DNA of 64,000 nt. It comes from Amoebophrya sp. A120 (lineage: Eukaryota > Protista > Dinoflagellata). The translations under genes were made by a program, and so were the position numbers. The notes beneath the pieces are model-generated. The model ran no database searches, was not told the origin of the DNA, and was given only the letters and a program-made list of their open reading frames with translations. This document shows, piece by piece, positions 27,701 to 38,300 of the stretch (its first letter is position 1; each line of letters starts with the position of its first letter). The stretch covers positions 483,530-547,529 of the forward strand of contig CAJINV010000021.1 in the NCBI GenBank assembly GCA_905178155.1, in the 5' to 3' direction.

Positions 27701-29604
27701 AGAAGGCGCGGCGGGAAGCAAAAGAAGCATTTGGGAAAGAGCAGCAGAAGGAGCGAGAGAAAGAAGCGGCAGCGCGACGTGCGGCTGCGAAGGAGAGAGC
27801 GCAGGACCGGAAAGCGCAAGCGGAGCGCGAAAAGCAGATCCGCGACCAGGCGATAAAACAGGCAAAGAAGGCGTGGGACAAGGCCGCACGGGAACGCAGC
27901 GAGGAACAAGGCCGAAGCCGTGATGAGCAGGAGAAGAAAGCCGAGCGCACCGCTGCGCAGCGGCTGCGGGAGCAATTTGACAAACAGATGCGCGTGAGAG
28001 AGCGGGAGCTGCGCAAAGCTGCAGTGGACGCAGCGAAGGACGCGACGAAAAAGGCGCAACGGGAGGCGGACAAGCGCATCGAGAAATTGGAGAACGAGCT
28101 GTCCGCCCAGAAGCGGAAAGCGAACGAGCGCATCGCCGCGGCCGAGAAACGGATCAAAGACTTGCAAGAGAAAGCGGCACAAGCGAATAATCAAGTGAAG
28201 AACAGTAGTAGAAGCAGAAGAAGCGCTAGCTCCTCGACGGACAAGCAACAAGACCGTGCGACACAGAGAGTCCTGCGGGAAATGGCGGAGCAGTTACGTA
28301 CACTCAAGCAAGAGAAGGATAAGATCGAGGAGAAAGTAAGAGACTTGGAATCTGCAGCGCGAAACGCGAAGCAGCGTGCGGCGGAGGCGGAGAAGCGCGC
28401 AGGTGAAGCCGAGGCAGAACAACAGCGGGAAAAAGCAGCAGAGCGGAAGGACCAAAAAACGCGGGACAATTTTGAGCACGAGTTGTCTGTGAAAGAGAAA
28501 CTCGCCGAAGCGGCCCGGCGAAAAGCGGAAGACCGCGAAAGGGCGGCGGAGCGCGCGCAGTGGAAGGCAGAATCCCAAGCAGAAGTCGCTGACGCCGTGG
28601 CCCGGGAGCTCCGCGCACGCGCAGAAGCGGTGGAAAAAATCGCGGCGTCATCAAATCGTGCAGCCGCGCCAGCCCAGCAGCCGCAACAGGCCCCCGCAGA
28701 ACGACCTCCAGCGAATCCAACAAGGCCCGCTCCATCGCCCGCATCATCTCAACCGCCGGTGAATGTTAATGTCAATGTGAACGGCTGCCAAAACGCGTCC
28801 TGCAGCGGCAGCTACCAGCCCCAACAGCCCACACCGAGTCCTGCTTCGAATCAGCAGCACCAGAACGCGGCGTCGCCAGCACCAGTGCCCTCTCCGCGAA
28901 AAGGCGGTGATTCTCGCCAGCAAGACTCGCGCATCGCGGAACTCGAGGGCAAGAATCGCCATACATCCGCAGAACTAGCCGCTGCGAAGCAACAACTGCG
29001 ACAGGCCCGTGACCTGCTGGACAAGGCTTTGCACAAGAACGCCGGAGATCCTGGGGACAACCAAAAGTACGTGGAGCACGCGCGGAAGGATATCATGCGC
29101 GTAAGGGGAATAAGGCGGGACGTCGAGAGGGAGGATAACGACCGGAAAAAACCGAGTATCGGGATGAGAAAAAGTCCTACCGTGGACCGCAACATTGCTC
29201 CGAATAATCAAGTAACAACAAATCCGAACGCGACCAAAAACACTCGAGAACGACCCCGGAAACCGTTGTCCAGAAAAGGCACCGCGTGGGAGGATGGGAG
29301 GCTGACGGGCGCGAATCATGGAGCTTCCGGTCGAGGAAAAGACAATCCGGCATACGGGGATTCGGGATTAGGCATGGCGGGCTTCATGATTGTGCCACCG
29401 CCGCCGATGATACCAATGGTAGACGATAGGTTGGGCGCGCGGTCTACTTCCGACGGCGCGGAGCCTAGTGGTGCAGGTGGTAGTGGTGCAGCACCAGAAA
29501 GAATGCCGCTTGATGCGACTGAGGTTGCGGGTGCTGCACGTCTGGAACAAGCAATAGACCCGGCATTCGAAGGTGTCATGATTGTTCCCCCTCCTGTCAC
29601 TTGA
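21799..29604 (+). CDS. Secreted/surface protein: hydrophobic N-terminus, coiled coil, 3 thrombospondin type-1 repeats, vWA-like domain, long K/E/A coiled coil
   Basis: Canonical intron 23194-23377 and introners 23695 and 27275 join ORFs 21730, 23483, 23880 and 27685. TSP1 motifs WSSWSSCEAGC..QQRTR and WSRWGRCSKRC..RSRTR; vWA-like DLLVAVP...VRVGVLFYGS. Confidence 0.75.
23695..23969. mobile_element. Introner, family A (TGCAAAAGTGTCTGGGTCTGGAAGA TIR)
   Basis: TAT..ATA; TSD AGTAA; removing 280 nt restores ILTAASNFGVQCGP inside a TSP1 repeat. Confidence 0.92.
27275..27630. mobile_element. Introner, family D (TATGGC..TCA.ACGTT TIR)
   Basis: TATGGCG..CGCCATA ends; TSD TTGAA/TTAAG; removing 361 nt joins ORFs 23880 and 27685 in frame. 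Confidence 0.8.
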
Positions 29605-30651
29605 GAAGATAGGACTACAATCACTGCGCTTGCTAGCCTAGCCCTACCGACTCTATACACAATGAAATATTTTCTTTTCCAGCGAGCAAGCCGAAATTAT
29701 CGCTCTCGCTTTGCATCCCACAAGCAGGTGGAATGCATTTTATTTCTACTGAAGCACCAGAAACAAAAAACAGGTCGACAGAGCTACTCAAGCTCTTGTG
29801 CCTACCATGGTCTAGGTGATAGTGCTTTCCTACACATCATGTTCCTCTTTTTCTGATACCCATCCATAATGTGGTATTGCTTCAACGAAGGGAAAAGAAA
29901 AAGATCCTTACTTGTTCAATCTGGCAGTCACGATAGAGATAGCCTCACTTAGTTCTAACCACGACAGTCACCGCGACTCCGTGACTGATAGTCGTGTACA
30001 GATAGCCCCAGCAGGAGCATCTTCACGTTCAATCAGATGCAAGTGAATGAGACAAGAACCACACACACCAAGCGAAAGTGATCTATACTACACTTCCATT
30101 AGGCCGCGACTTCCAAGACTTCTTCGAGATCTACCTTAAGCTTAACCTTTCTCTTTTATGGTCCGTTTGATCTAGTATTTTTGAGTTGCCCTTTTCATGT
30201 CACCACCTACTAGTACTTCGGTGTCTACGGTGAAGTCGAAGAAGATAACGCGATCCTGCTTCAAACGATCTAGTTTACTAGTATCCGAAGAGTATCCTTT
30301 GCTCGCAGACTAGGCCGATCTAAGGTTTCTAGGTCAAGCACAAGCTAATGCCTTGTCTATAACGCCTCTCATTTTGGAATTGGACGAGGTGTTTCTATTT
30401 TTAAACTTGTTGGAGTTTTTTCCAAGGGACGAAGATTTTCTTTTGCTCCCCAAGAGTACTTAAAAAAAAAATTGTGTTTCGCAGAGGCGGATTGAAAAAG
30501 ATTGTTTTTGACGATCACACATTGAAAGCGACCTCACTGCTCTTCGCTCAACTACTTCTAGCGACTCTTAGTACCTGCAGCTCCAATTGCAAGCAGCTTT
30601 GCAAATATCCTTAAAGCGACCACCTCCCGCACGAATCGACAAACTCTCAAG

Positions 30652-31392
30652 ATGGCAAACAAGCCGGCTAAGTTGGGCAACAAAAAGTCCCCCAAGAAGG
30701 AGGGCGAGAGCGCCACCGAGAACAAGAAGAGCGAGGGCACCGTCCTGGACGCCGATGGCGTTTTGTCCATGAAGGTCTCCAAGCAGCACGGTACCCCCTT
30801 CTACATCCGCTCCGCGTTGTCCTTCCTGAAGGGGCAGGGCGAGGACAAGCCGGCCGTGCCGAAACTCCGCATTTCCGCCCTGGGCAACGCGATCTCCTGC
30901 GCCATCGCCTGCGCGTCCCGCATCGAGGAGGCCAAAATGGGCAAGCTCGAATCCTGCCAGACCACCTATTGCGAGGAAAAATCCCCCCTCCCCATATTAA
31001 AAAGGATACTTGTGATGCTGGATTTGCGTACACAAACGCAGTTGCGGCCTGAATTGCAGGCAATTTGTCATGCTGTTTTGCACTTCCGGTTGCCTCCTGT
31101 CATGCGGAAGATGCACGGCCTTCCCACGCCAGCCAGCACCACAGTCGGCATCTTTTACTTTTGTGTGGAAGGCTTCCAGCATGACAACACGACTTGGTGT
31201 AGCAAATCACGCTACACAAATCTCCGTTCTAGTATGGGGAGGGGGGATTTTCATTTTGATGCCACCTACTTCAAAATCCCGGGAGGCAAGTTCGTGCCCC
31301 AGATCACCGTGCTCATCGAGAAGGCGCCGGGGGCCGAAAACATCGAAGTCAAGGAATTGATGCCCCGCCCGCCGAAGGAAGGAAGCAAATAA
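30652..31392 (+). CDS. Alba-domain DNA/RNA-binding protein (~146 aa after splicing)
   Basis: MKVSK..PFYIRSALSFL..LRISALGNAISCAIACASRIE..CQTTY|FKIPGGKFVPQITVLIEK matches Alba family motifs once the 300-nt introner is removed. Confidence 0.85.
   Translation: MANKPAKLGNKKSPKKEGESATENKKSEGTVLDADGVLSMKVSKQHGTPFYIRSALSFLKGQGEDKPAVPKLRISALGNAISCAIACASRIEEAKMGKLESCQTTYCEEKSPLPILKRILVMLDLRTQTQLRPELQAICHAVLHFRLPPVMRKMHGLPTPASTTVGIFYFCVEGFQHDNTTWCSKSRYTNLRSSMGRGDFHFDATYFKIPGGKFVPQITVLIEKAPGAENIEVKELMPRPPKEGSK
30967..31261. mobile_element. Introner, family H (AAAATCCCCCCTCCCCATA TIR)
   Basis: 19-bp perfect IR 30978-30996/31233-31251; TSD CCACC; right end ATG instead of ATA; 300 nt removed. Confidence 0.9.
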
Positions 31393-32472
31393 GTGGAATT
31401 CACTTGCTTGTTCGCAACGGCGACAGGACAGAGAGATGTTGACTCAGTTCGACTCACGAAAGATGATGATTTTCTGCGAGAGGATGAAAATCTAAATCTA
31501 ATGACTCACCGACAAGAACTTCAAGGTTTATTACACACTAAGACTAAATGCTATTCACTATTGCATTTGCAACTACTTTGTTCATTATGATTCGAAACTG
31601 CACGAGGTCGGCGGTGTGCTTTTCCGTACATCGGCTGTCCTCCTGCAGACTAGACGAAATTACAACGCAGTTGTAGCTTTACACATTTACCCAACCAGCG
31701 GCAGGAATCTCTGCGCACGAAAAATGAGGAAAAAGAGCAAGTCGATATCGTCACGAGAACAGTAGACCCTCCTCAGAGTCGTATAATCTCCTGGTGTTTT
31801 CCCCAGAACATCAGCTACGACGCAAGGTCGTAATGAGAAGGCCACAGAAGTGTACTTCGATACCTTCTGGATTGAGTAGTAGTGAAAATTTTTTTATATT
31901 TTCATCAGATGCTTCATATCCCAGGAGACCATTCGAACACATTGCGACGTGCCACGATATTGAGTGCTGTTGTTGTCTTTGTCTGACTTGTTTGAATCTC
32001 AAAAAATATGCATCATGCCACGGACTCGGACCGTGACCAGGCGGGCATTCATTTTTCATGTGCCGTCTTTCTAAGGTAACAAGGGTCTGTTCCTGATCAG
32101 AAAATAGAAGAAGGCCATCTACTATGGCGTTTTGCTTTCCAAATATCGAGCAGCTGCAAAGACGCGACGCTGCGTTTTCACACCTCCAGGCTTCCTGGCC
32201 GAGGCCGAGCATAATTACGATGAGACGAAAATCAGGTTGAAGTTAATCGAGAGACAGACAAAAGTCCGAACCCGATTCATTGAGGGAGAGTGATTTACAG
32301 ATAGAGGAGGTGGATGCTACCGACCGCCCGCTTCATTTTTGTCTTGCGCCGTTGCCAGGATGATTACTTACCCTGACACAACAAGGAAGGAATGCTCCGA
32401 GCCTGTGCGATGAACAACCAAGGTCAAGCTCAAGGCGAACGTGTGACAACATGAGAAGATCATATTTGCCCG

Positions 32473-34281
32473 ATGTTATCGCGGCCTCCGCAACTTCTCC
32501 GGCGGTTAGGATCATGCCTGCTGCTGCCCTTCGAGTTGCTAATCGGGTTCCTTCGCATTTGCGTCCGAGAGTGGTGCGGCGCAACGAAGAAGAACCCGAT
32601 CAGACATTGTCTGTCCCTCACATTCTTCTTGCTCTTCCATTCCTTCACCAACTGGCAGAGTCTTGTGCATCACCTCTTCGTCCCGCGCGTCGTCCTGTGC
32701 ACCCACTGGCAAGAGCCGGAGACTGGAATCCGGCTCGGATTTGACCAATGCGACAGAAAGTCGCTCGGGGCGGGAACGGTAATGGCGACAAGTTTTTTCC
32801 CGATAAACGGCTCCGTGTTGGACTGGATATCTGCATTTCTTATCCTCCCTCCCGATTTCTTCCTGCACGACCACGATGTGACAAACGCTTTTTTTGTACC
32901 ACGCCACAGATACGTCGCGAAATTAAACGCCTTCCGCCGCGCCGCGTGGTTTAAAGTCTCGGAGCTGGGGACGGGGAGGTTGCGAGCATGGTTTTCCGAG
33001 ATGATGAACCTCGAAGGGTTTCATAGACTTCCGCCCTGGATGGTGAAGCAGCTGCTCGACTACGAACTCGCGAGGAGAGCGACGAAAGGCGGGAGGCAAA
33101 GAGTATTGCGGACGACCAGGCGAGGAGCGATTGGCAATGCCAAGAGATCATCTCTCGAGGACAACAAGCCACCGACTTTCTCATTTCCGTTGGACGACCG
33201 GGTTCCCGAGCATCCGCTGCTGCCAGGCAAACCCTGCTCGGTGTTTTCCTTCGGCATCCAGCAACAAAAGGATTTCGACGAGTACTATCTGCCCGCTCCA
33301 GAAAGGTCGAAAAAATCCGCATCTTCGTGCAGGGTTTTCTCGTTCGCCGAAAAGAGGAACACTGGCGGAACAGATAACGACCCAGAAGAACCGCCTCACG
33401 ACCCAGAAGAACCCCCTCGGGGTAGAACGATCATAGTCGACGCATCTTCACACGTGGTCCCTCCTGCATCCGCATCGCCATCGCACCAAGCCCCGATTTC
33501 CAGTCGGCACCAAATCCACTTCGAGCAGTTGGCATTGGGAAACAGCGATAGCATCGTCGATGTCGACATTAAGACAGTTCAGCATCTACCCATGGTCTCA
33601 GAGCTGCAGAGCGACGCTGTTCTTCGGCGGCAGCGACAAAATCAAGAAGACGATGCTAAAACCAACCCATCCGACCGCTTTATCAGGCAAAAACGGCTGC
33701 CCACTGTGATGAAAGAGAACCAGGTCGGGTTTCTCGATGTCCTGCGTCTTGACATCGGCGGTGCCGAGTGGGACGCTTTGCGAGATGTAGAAGCCAACAT
33801 CCAAAAAATCGGCGTTTTGTCGGCGAAGTTTCGCTTTTTGCTAGGTCATCGGGACTTGCCGAAGTTTTTTTCGCTGCTTTGCGACCCAGAGGTGGAGCAG
33901 GAAAAAGCGTTGCAACATTTGTGCTTTGACCTCGCGGTGTGGGAACATTATGATGCTGAAGAAATAACTAAAACTACTCCTTATGATCGTCCCAACACTG
34001 GTAGTGCTATGGGCGGCTGCGGCTCAGCTTATCCTTGTGTTACATTGACAGCAACACGACGCGACCACACCAAAACGATACAAACACAAAACACACTTGT
34101 AACACATAAAAAGAGAATACAACCATATTATCAGACAGATGTTGATGTGGAAACCACAAGGTGTGGCGGCTGGTGCGTGATTTCAACATCACACATCAAC
34201 ACGATCATTAACGGCATTTCAATTCTGGATCCTCTTCTTGTTCGAAAACATGAGATGATACACATGAATCATAATCAATAA
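32473..34281 (+). CDS. Methyltransf_22/FkbM-like (METTL24-type) SAM-dependent methyltransferase
   Basis: Motifs PCSVFSFGI..FDE, CRVFSF, IHFEQLALG, LPTVMKEN..FLDVLRLDIGGAEWDAL. Exact ends uncertain. Confidence 0.7.
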   Translation: MLSRPPQLLRRLGSCLLLPFELLIGFLRICVREWCGATKKNPIRHCLSLTFFLLFHSFTNWQSLVHHLFVPRVVLCTHWQEPETGIRLGFDQCDRKSLGAGTVMATSFFPINGSVLDWISAFLILPPDFFLHDHDVTNAFFVPRHRYVAKLNAFRRAAWFKVSELGTGRLRAWFSEMMNLEGFHRLPPWMVKQLLDYELARRATKGGRQRVLRTTRRGAIGNAKRSSLEDNKPPTFSFPLDDRVPEHPLLPGKPCSVFSFGIQQQKDFDEYYLPAPERSKKSASSCRVFSFAEKRNTGGTDNDPEEPPHDPEEPPRGRTIIVDASSHVVPPASASPSHQAPISSRHQIHFEQLALGNSDSIVDVDIKTVQHLPMVSELQSDAVLRRQRQNQEDDAKTNPSDRFIRQKRLPTVMKENQVGFLDVLRLDIGGAEWDALRDVEANIQKIGVLSAKFRFLLGHRDLPKFFSLLCDPEVEQEKALQHLCFDLAVWEHYDAEEITKTTPYDRPNTGSAMGGCGSAYPCVTLTATRRDHTKTIQTQNTLVTHKKRIQPYYQTDVDVETTRCGGWCVISTSHINTIINGISILDPLLVRKHEMIHMNHNQ

Positions 34282-35339
34282 ATCTGATTCGATTTGATGT
34301 TTACCAAATTTCCATCTCATACATGAATGATTTTTATTTCGAGATTTGATCCCTCTGAATACCAAAAAAATTATCCGATTCTATATCTATGGAAATATGA
34401 TATCTTTTGCGATCTCATATGAAAGATAGAGAAGAAAAAATCTTCATTCGTCATGTTTGTATTCAATATGAATAGGTAGCCAATCTTTCTTGTCCTTGCG
34501 TTTTTTTCTATCATTTTTTGAAATTTTTATTTTCTAAATTTGCTCAGGATTTTTTTTCCCACCATCATTTTAAATGAAGAAAACAGAATATTTTTTTGTT
34601 TTTTTTTTGATGTCTCGGATGTCATGGGAATCTCTCGATCCATATCGATTTACATTCTGATCTCAGAATTCGAAATTAATTCTCCAATAATCCAGAAAGA
34701 TTCTCCCTGCCTCAATATTTCTCTATCGTTATCCTTCCATGATCAATCCAGATTATGAATTCTATTCCAAAAAAGCGAAAATAATATCGGAATGAGATAT
34801 GTTTTGGATCAAAATTCAATATTCACACATGAGTTTTATGATGGAAATCTGGATAATTTCAAGAGAGATTTCAAATTATGGAAATATTACTAGGATTCTA
34901 GGAAAAAATGTCGAAAATAAAGACATCGATGATCCTGATAAATTCCATTTTCCAATAAAAGATTGAACTCAATTTTATCGAATTTTCCGAGATTTTTTCA
35001 TTTATTTTCATACATATCCCATGGATCTATAGAAACGAAAAAATCAATGATATCATTCCTGGTTCCTTTATCAGAATCTCTTATCCCAAGAATCCATATA
35101 AAAAGAATTTAATTTTATCGATAAGAATGAGAATCCGATGAGAATCAAAGATTGCATCGCCTGGATAAGGATATGATGAAAGAATATTATGAATGAGAAT
35201 GTGGAGGATGGTGTGAAATTCATTTTCATGTTGATCAATGAAATTTTCGTTGTCGCAGTTTGTCGTTGGTCTCGAATTTGTTTCATTTTTTTCATGGTTT
35301 TCTTTTCTTCGAGAAAGGGAGAAACGCATCGGCATCGAT

Positions 35340-38300
35340 TCATGTTCTCGTCATCAATTGGTGGCAATGCAGGTAATGCTGAAAATCCGTAACAAAATGT
35401 TGCCTTTGGTCGTCCCATCGGGTGCCCAACTTTTTCAGTTTTTCTCGATCCGGCGCAGTCAGCTCGATATTGTATCTGTGATGCGAGTTGTTTGCTGGAT
35501 TGCGATAAAGGAAAACTCATGATCTCATCGGCAGTTTTGCGGGGCGATCGCGGTGCAAAGCATTTTTTAGCGCTGGTTTATCCATTTCTACTCGTCGCCA
35601 TATTCGATGTCAGTGGGAACATGAACAAAGATGCTGAGAGATACACATCAGTACCAATATGTTGCACTCGCGCCGCCGTGTTGGCACAACGGCGCGGCAA
35701 CTTCTTCATAATTGAGGGACCATAGAAACATAGACGAGCTGACTCAAAGGCTTGTAGATTTTGCAGCGTCCGTAGATATGTAGTGCATAGAAGTCCTCGA
35801 GGATGCAGCCCGGGAGACTTTCATGCGCTCCGTCCCTGGTCCACATGCGGTCGGTTGCTTGAAAGGATGAAGCAAACAACCGGCCCAAAGAAAACGCAAA
35901 GTGACTACATTCCATGGGCCCTAGTTTCCGCCGGGGCTACTGACCCAACGCGGCATCAAAAAGCCTCAGTGGCCTAACGGACGGACGACGGGGGGGCAAG
36001 TCGGCTGCGCCGAGTGCCGGGAGCCGGGTCATTTGCGAACGCACCCTGCCAGAGGCATCGCCGTGGCCACGGAGGTAGAAGCAAGCGCACAAGGAAGCGC
36101 AAAACTCAAGAAACGTGGCAGCAGGCGTTGAAGTAGGCGTAGGAGTAGGGGAAGAAGTAGGCGCATTCATAGGCGTAGAAGTAGGCGTAGAAGTAGGCGT
36201 AGCAGTAGGCGTAGGAGTAGGCGTAGAAGTAGGCGTGGAGGCAGGCGTAGCGGTAGGCGTAGGAGTAGGTGTAGAAGTAGGCGCGGAAGTAGGCGTAGCA
36301 GTCGGCGTTCCGGTTGTTGGGGTAGCAGTCGGCGTAGTCGAAGCGGCATCGCGAGGGGCGAGGGGTACAAGAGCAGAGGCCCTACCAAGGGCGTAGCCGT
36401 AGTGGCGCTGCTAGGGGCGAGCGTGCGAGGGAGCAAGGCCCGCCCGTTTTCCTTGCGCATGTTGGGCGGGATGGCGCCGAGGTGACACTGCTGGACGGGG
36501 GGGGCGCAGGGGCGGCGGCCGCGCGCTTTCGAAACTAACAACCGCAGGCCGTGCCCCGAATCTTGCCCGCCCGCGCGGTTGCTGACTAGCGCCGAGGGGG
36601 CGCGCCACCAAGCGAAGCCAGGGAGGGCGGCGCAATGGGTGGCCGGGGCGGGGGGATGGGGGGAGTCGGCCTGCCAGGCAGGGCGCTACCTCCCGGCTTG
36701 CTTTTTTACGAAAGTGCTGCGCCCCACCATTTTTTCCATCCTAGCCGAGACCCTGACCCGGGGCCGCCTCGCCCTTGCTGCTAGCTTGGCTCGGGCGTTT
36801 TGGGCACAGCCACTGACTGGCGCGCTAGCGCTAGCTTCCCCCAGAGCACGGCGCTTGCCCCCTCGCCCGGCCCCGTGGCCCCCCCGGTCGGTGGCCTGAC
36901 CCACCCTGCCCCCGCCCACGCGGGGGAGGGCGGCGGCCGTCTTCTTCCAAAAGACTGGCTGCAGGAGTGCGCCGCCGCTGTCTCCTGGGCGGGCGGCGGA
37001 CAGCAGCGGGCCTCGACCTAGTCGCCGCAAGATAGCGGCAACATGCCCCCGATACGTACCTACGGCTGCGATTTTGGCAGCTACTTGCGCCTGCGTGTCT
37101 GTTTATTGCGTGTGGACGCTTCCTCCACCGCTTTGGCGCAAAGAAGAAAATGGCTGGCGCGGCGGAAAAAAAAAGTGCCCGTGGACGTTCCCGCGCGGGC
37201 GCTAGGGGAGCGGGGCGTAAGGGGCGCAGGCCGGCGGGAACGGGTGCGCCGCGAGAGCAAGATAGAAGGGGCGGCCCGGGGCCTGCCGGGGTCGCAGTCA
37301 CACCCACGGCAGGGAACCAACCTGGGGGCGGTGGGGGTTGTTCGCTAGCTCTCCGAAGGCGGGGCGGGGTGGCTAGGTCTTTGCCGGCAGGGCGCTAGGG
37401 GTATTAGAAGGCGGGCCCCATATGTGCTACCAGGATCAGGAGCAAAAGGCCCCACCAGGGGCAAGAAGTTCTATCAGGCGCAAGATCTGCACGCGCCTGC
37501 CGAGGCGAGATATAGCGTATTGCGATGGAAAAGGGGCGCTAACACTACAAGGAGCAAGAAGTCCTGCAAGGGGCGAGGCGTATGCGCAGGGGCAAGATGT
37601 ACTGCGAGGGGCAAGATGCACTGCGATGGGCAAGATGCACTGCGAGGGGCAAGATGTACTGCGAGGGGCAAGATGTACTGCGAGGGACAAGACCTAACGC
37701 AAAGGGTAAGTAAGAAATGCTGCCAGGGCTAAGGGGCAGGCGCCAGCACGCAGGGGCAAGAGGTTCCACCAGGAGCAGGGCGCACCGCACGGGGGGCGAG
37801 GGGCACTTTCATATTGAAGGGGGCGAGCGGTTCTCTTCTGAGCGAGGGGGCAGGGGCGTCACTGCGTCTAGGGCTCGGGGTATTTTTGTAGCGCCTAGGG
37901 GTTTCTTTGTCGTTCATCGTGCCGAACCCCTACAGCTCAAGCCGTAGAATTTGTCGCAAATATTTTCACAGTAGCACGCATTTTAGCAAAAAAAGTGCGC
38001 GAATATCTGAAAAGCCCTAGAGCCCGAGCCCCAGAAAGGTCCCAGCTTTTGTCGTAATAGCATGCAGGTTCAGCACTTCCAAAATGTCGCGCTTTTTGTG
38101 GTTTTTGATCGTTCCCTACGGCTCGACCTCCATCTTTTGGGCCGACAGCCGTGCGTATTCGCAAATAGGAAAGAAGACCACTTTGAAAAGCCCTAGGGGT
38201 TTGCCCCAGGTTTGCTCCAGGTTGAGCCGCAATTTCTAATGCTGTTTAAGGGTCTCAAAACTTTCCTCTACAGCCTTTGAGCCAAGTTCGTATCAGTCTA

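Noticed and set aside
25901-28251. Long minus-strand F/S/A/L-rich ORFs
   Set aside because: Antisense shadows of the K/E/A coiled-coil exons.
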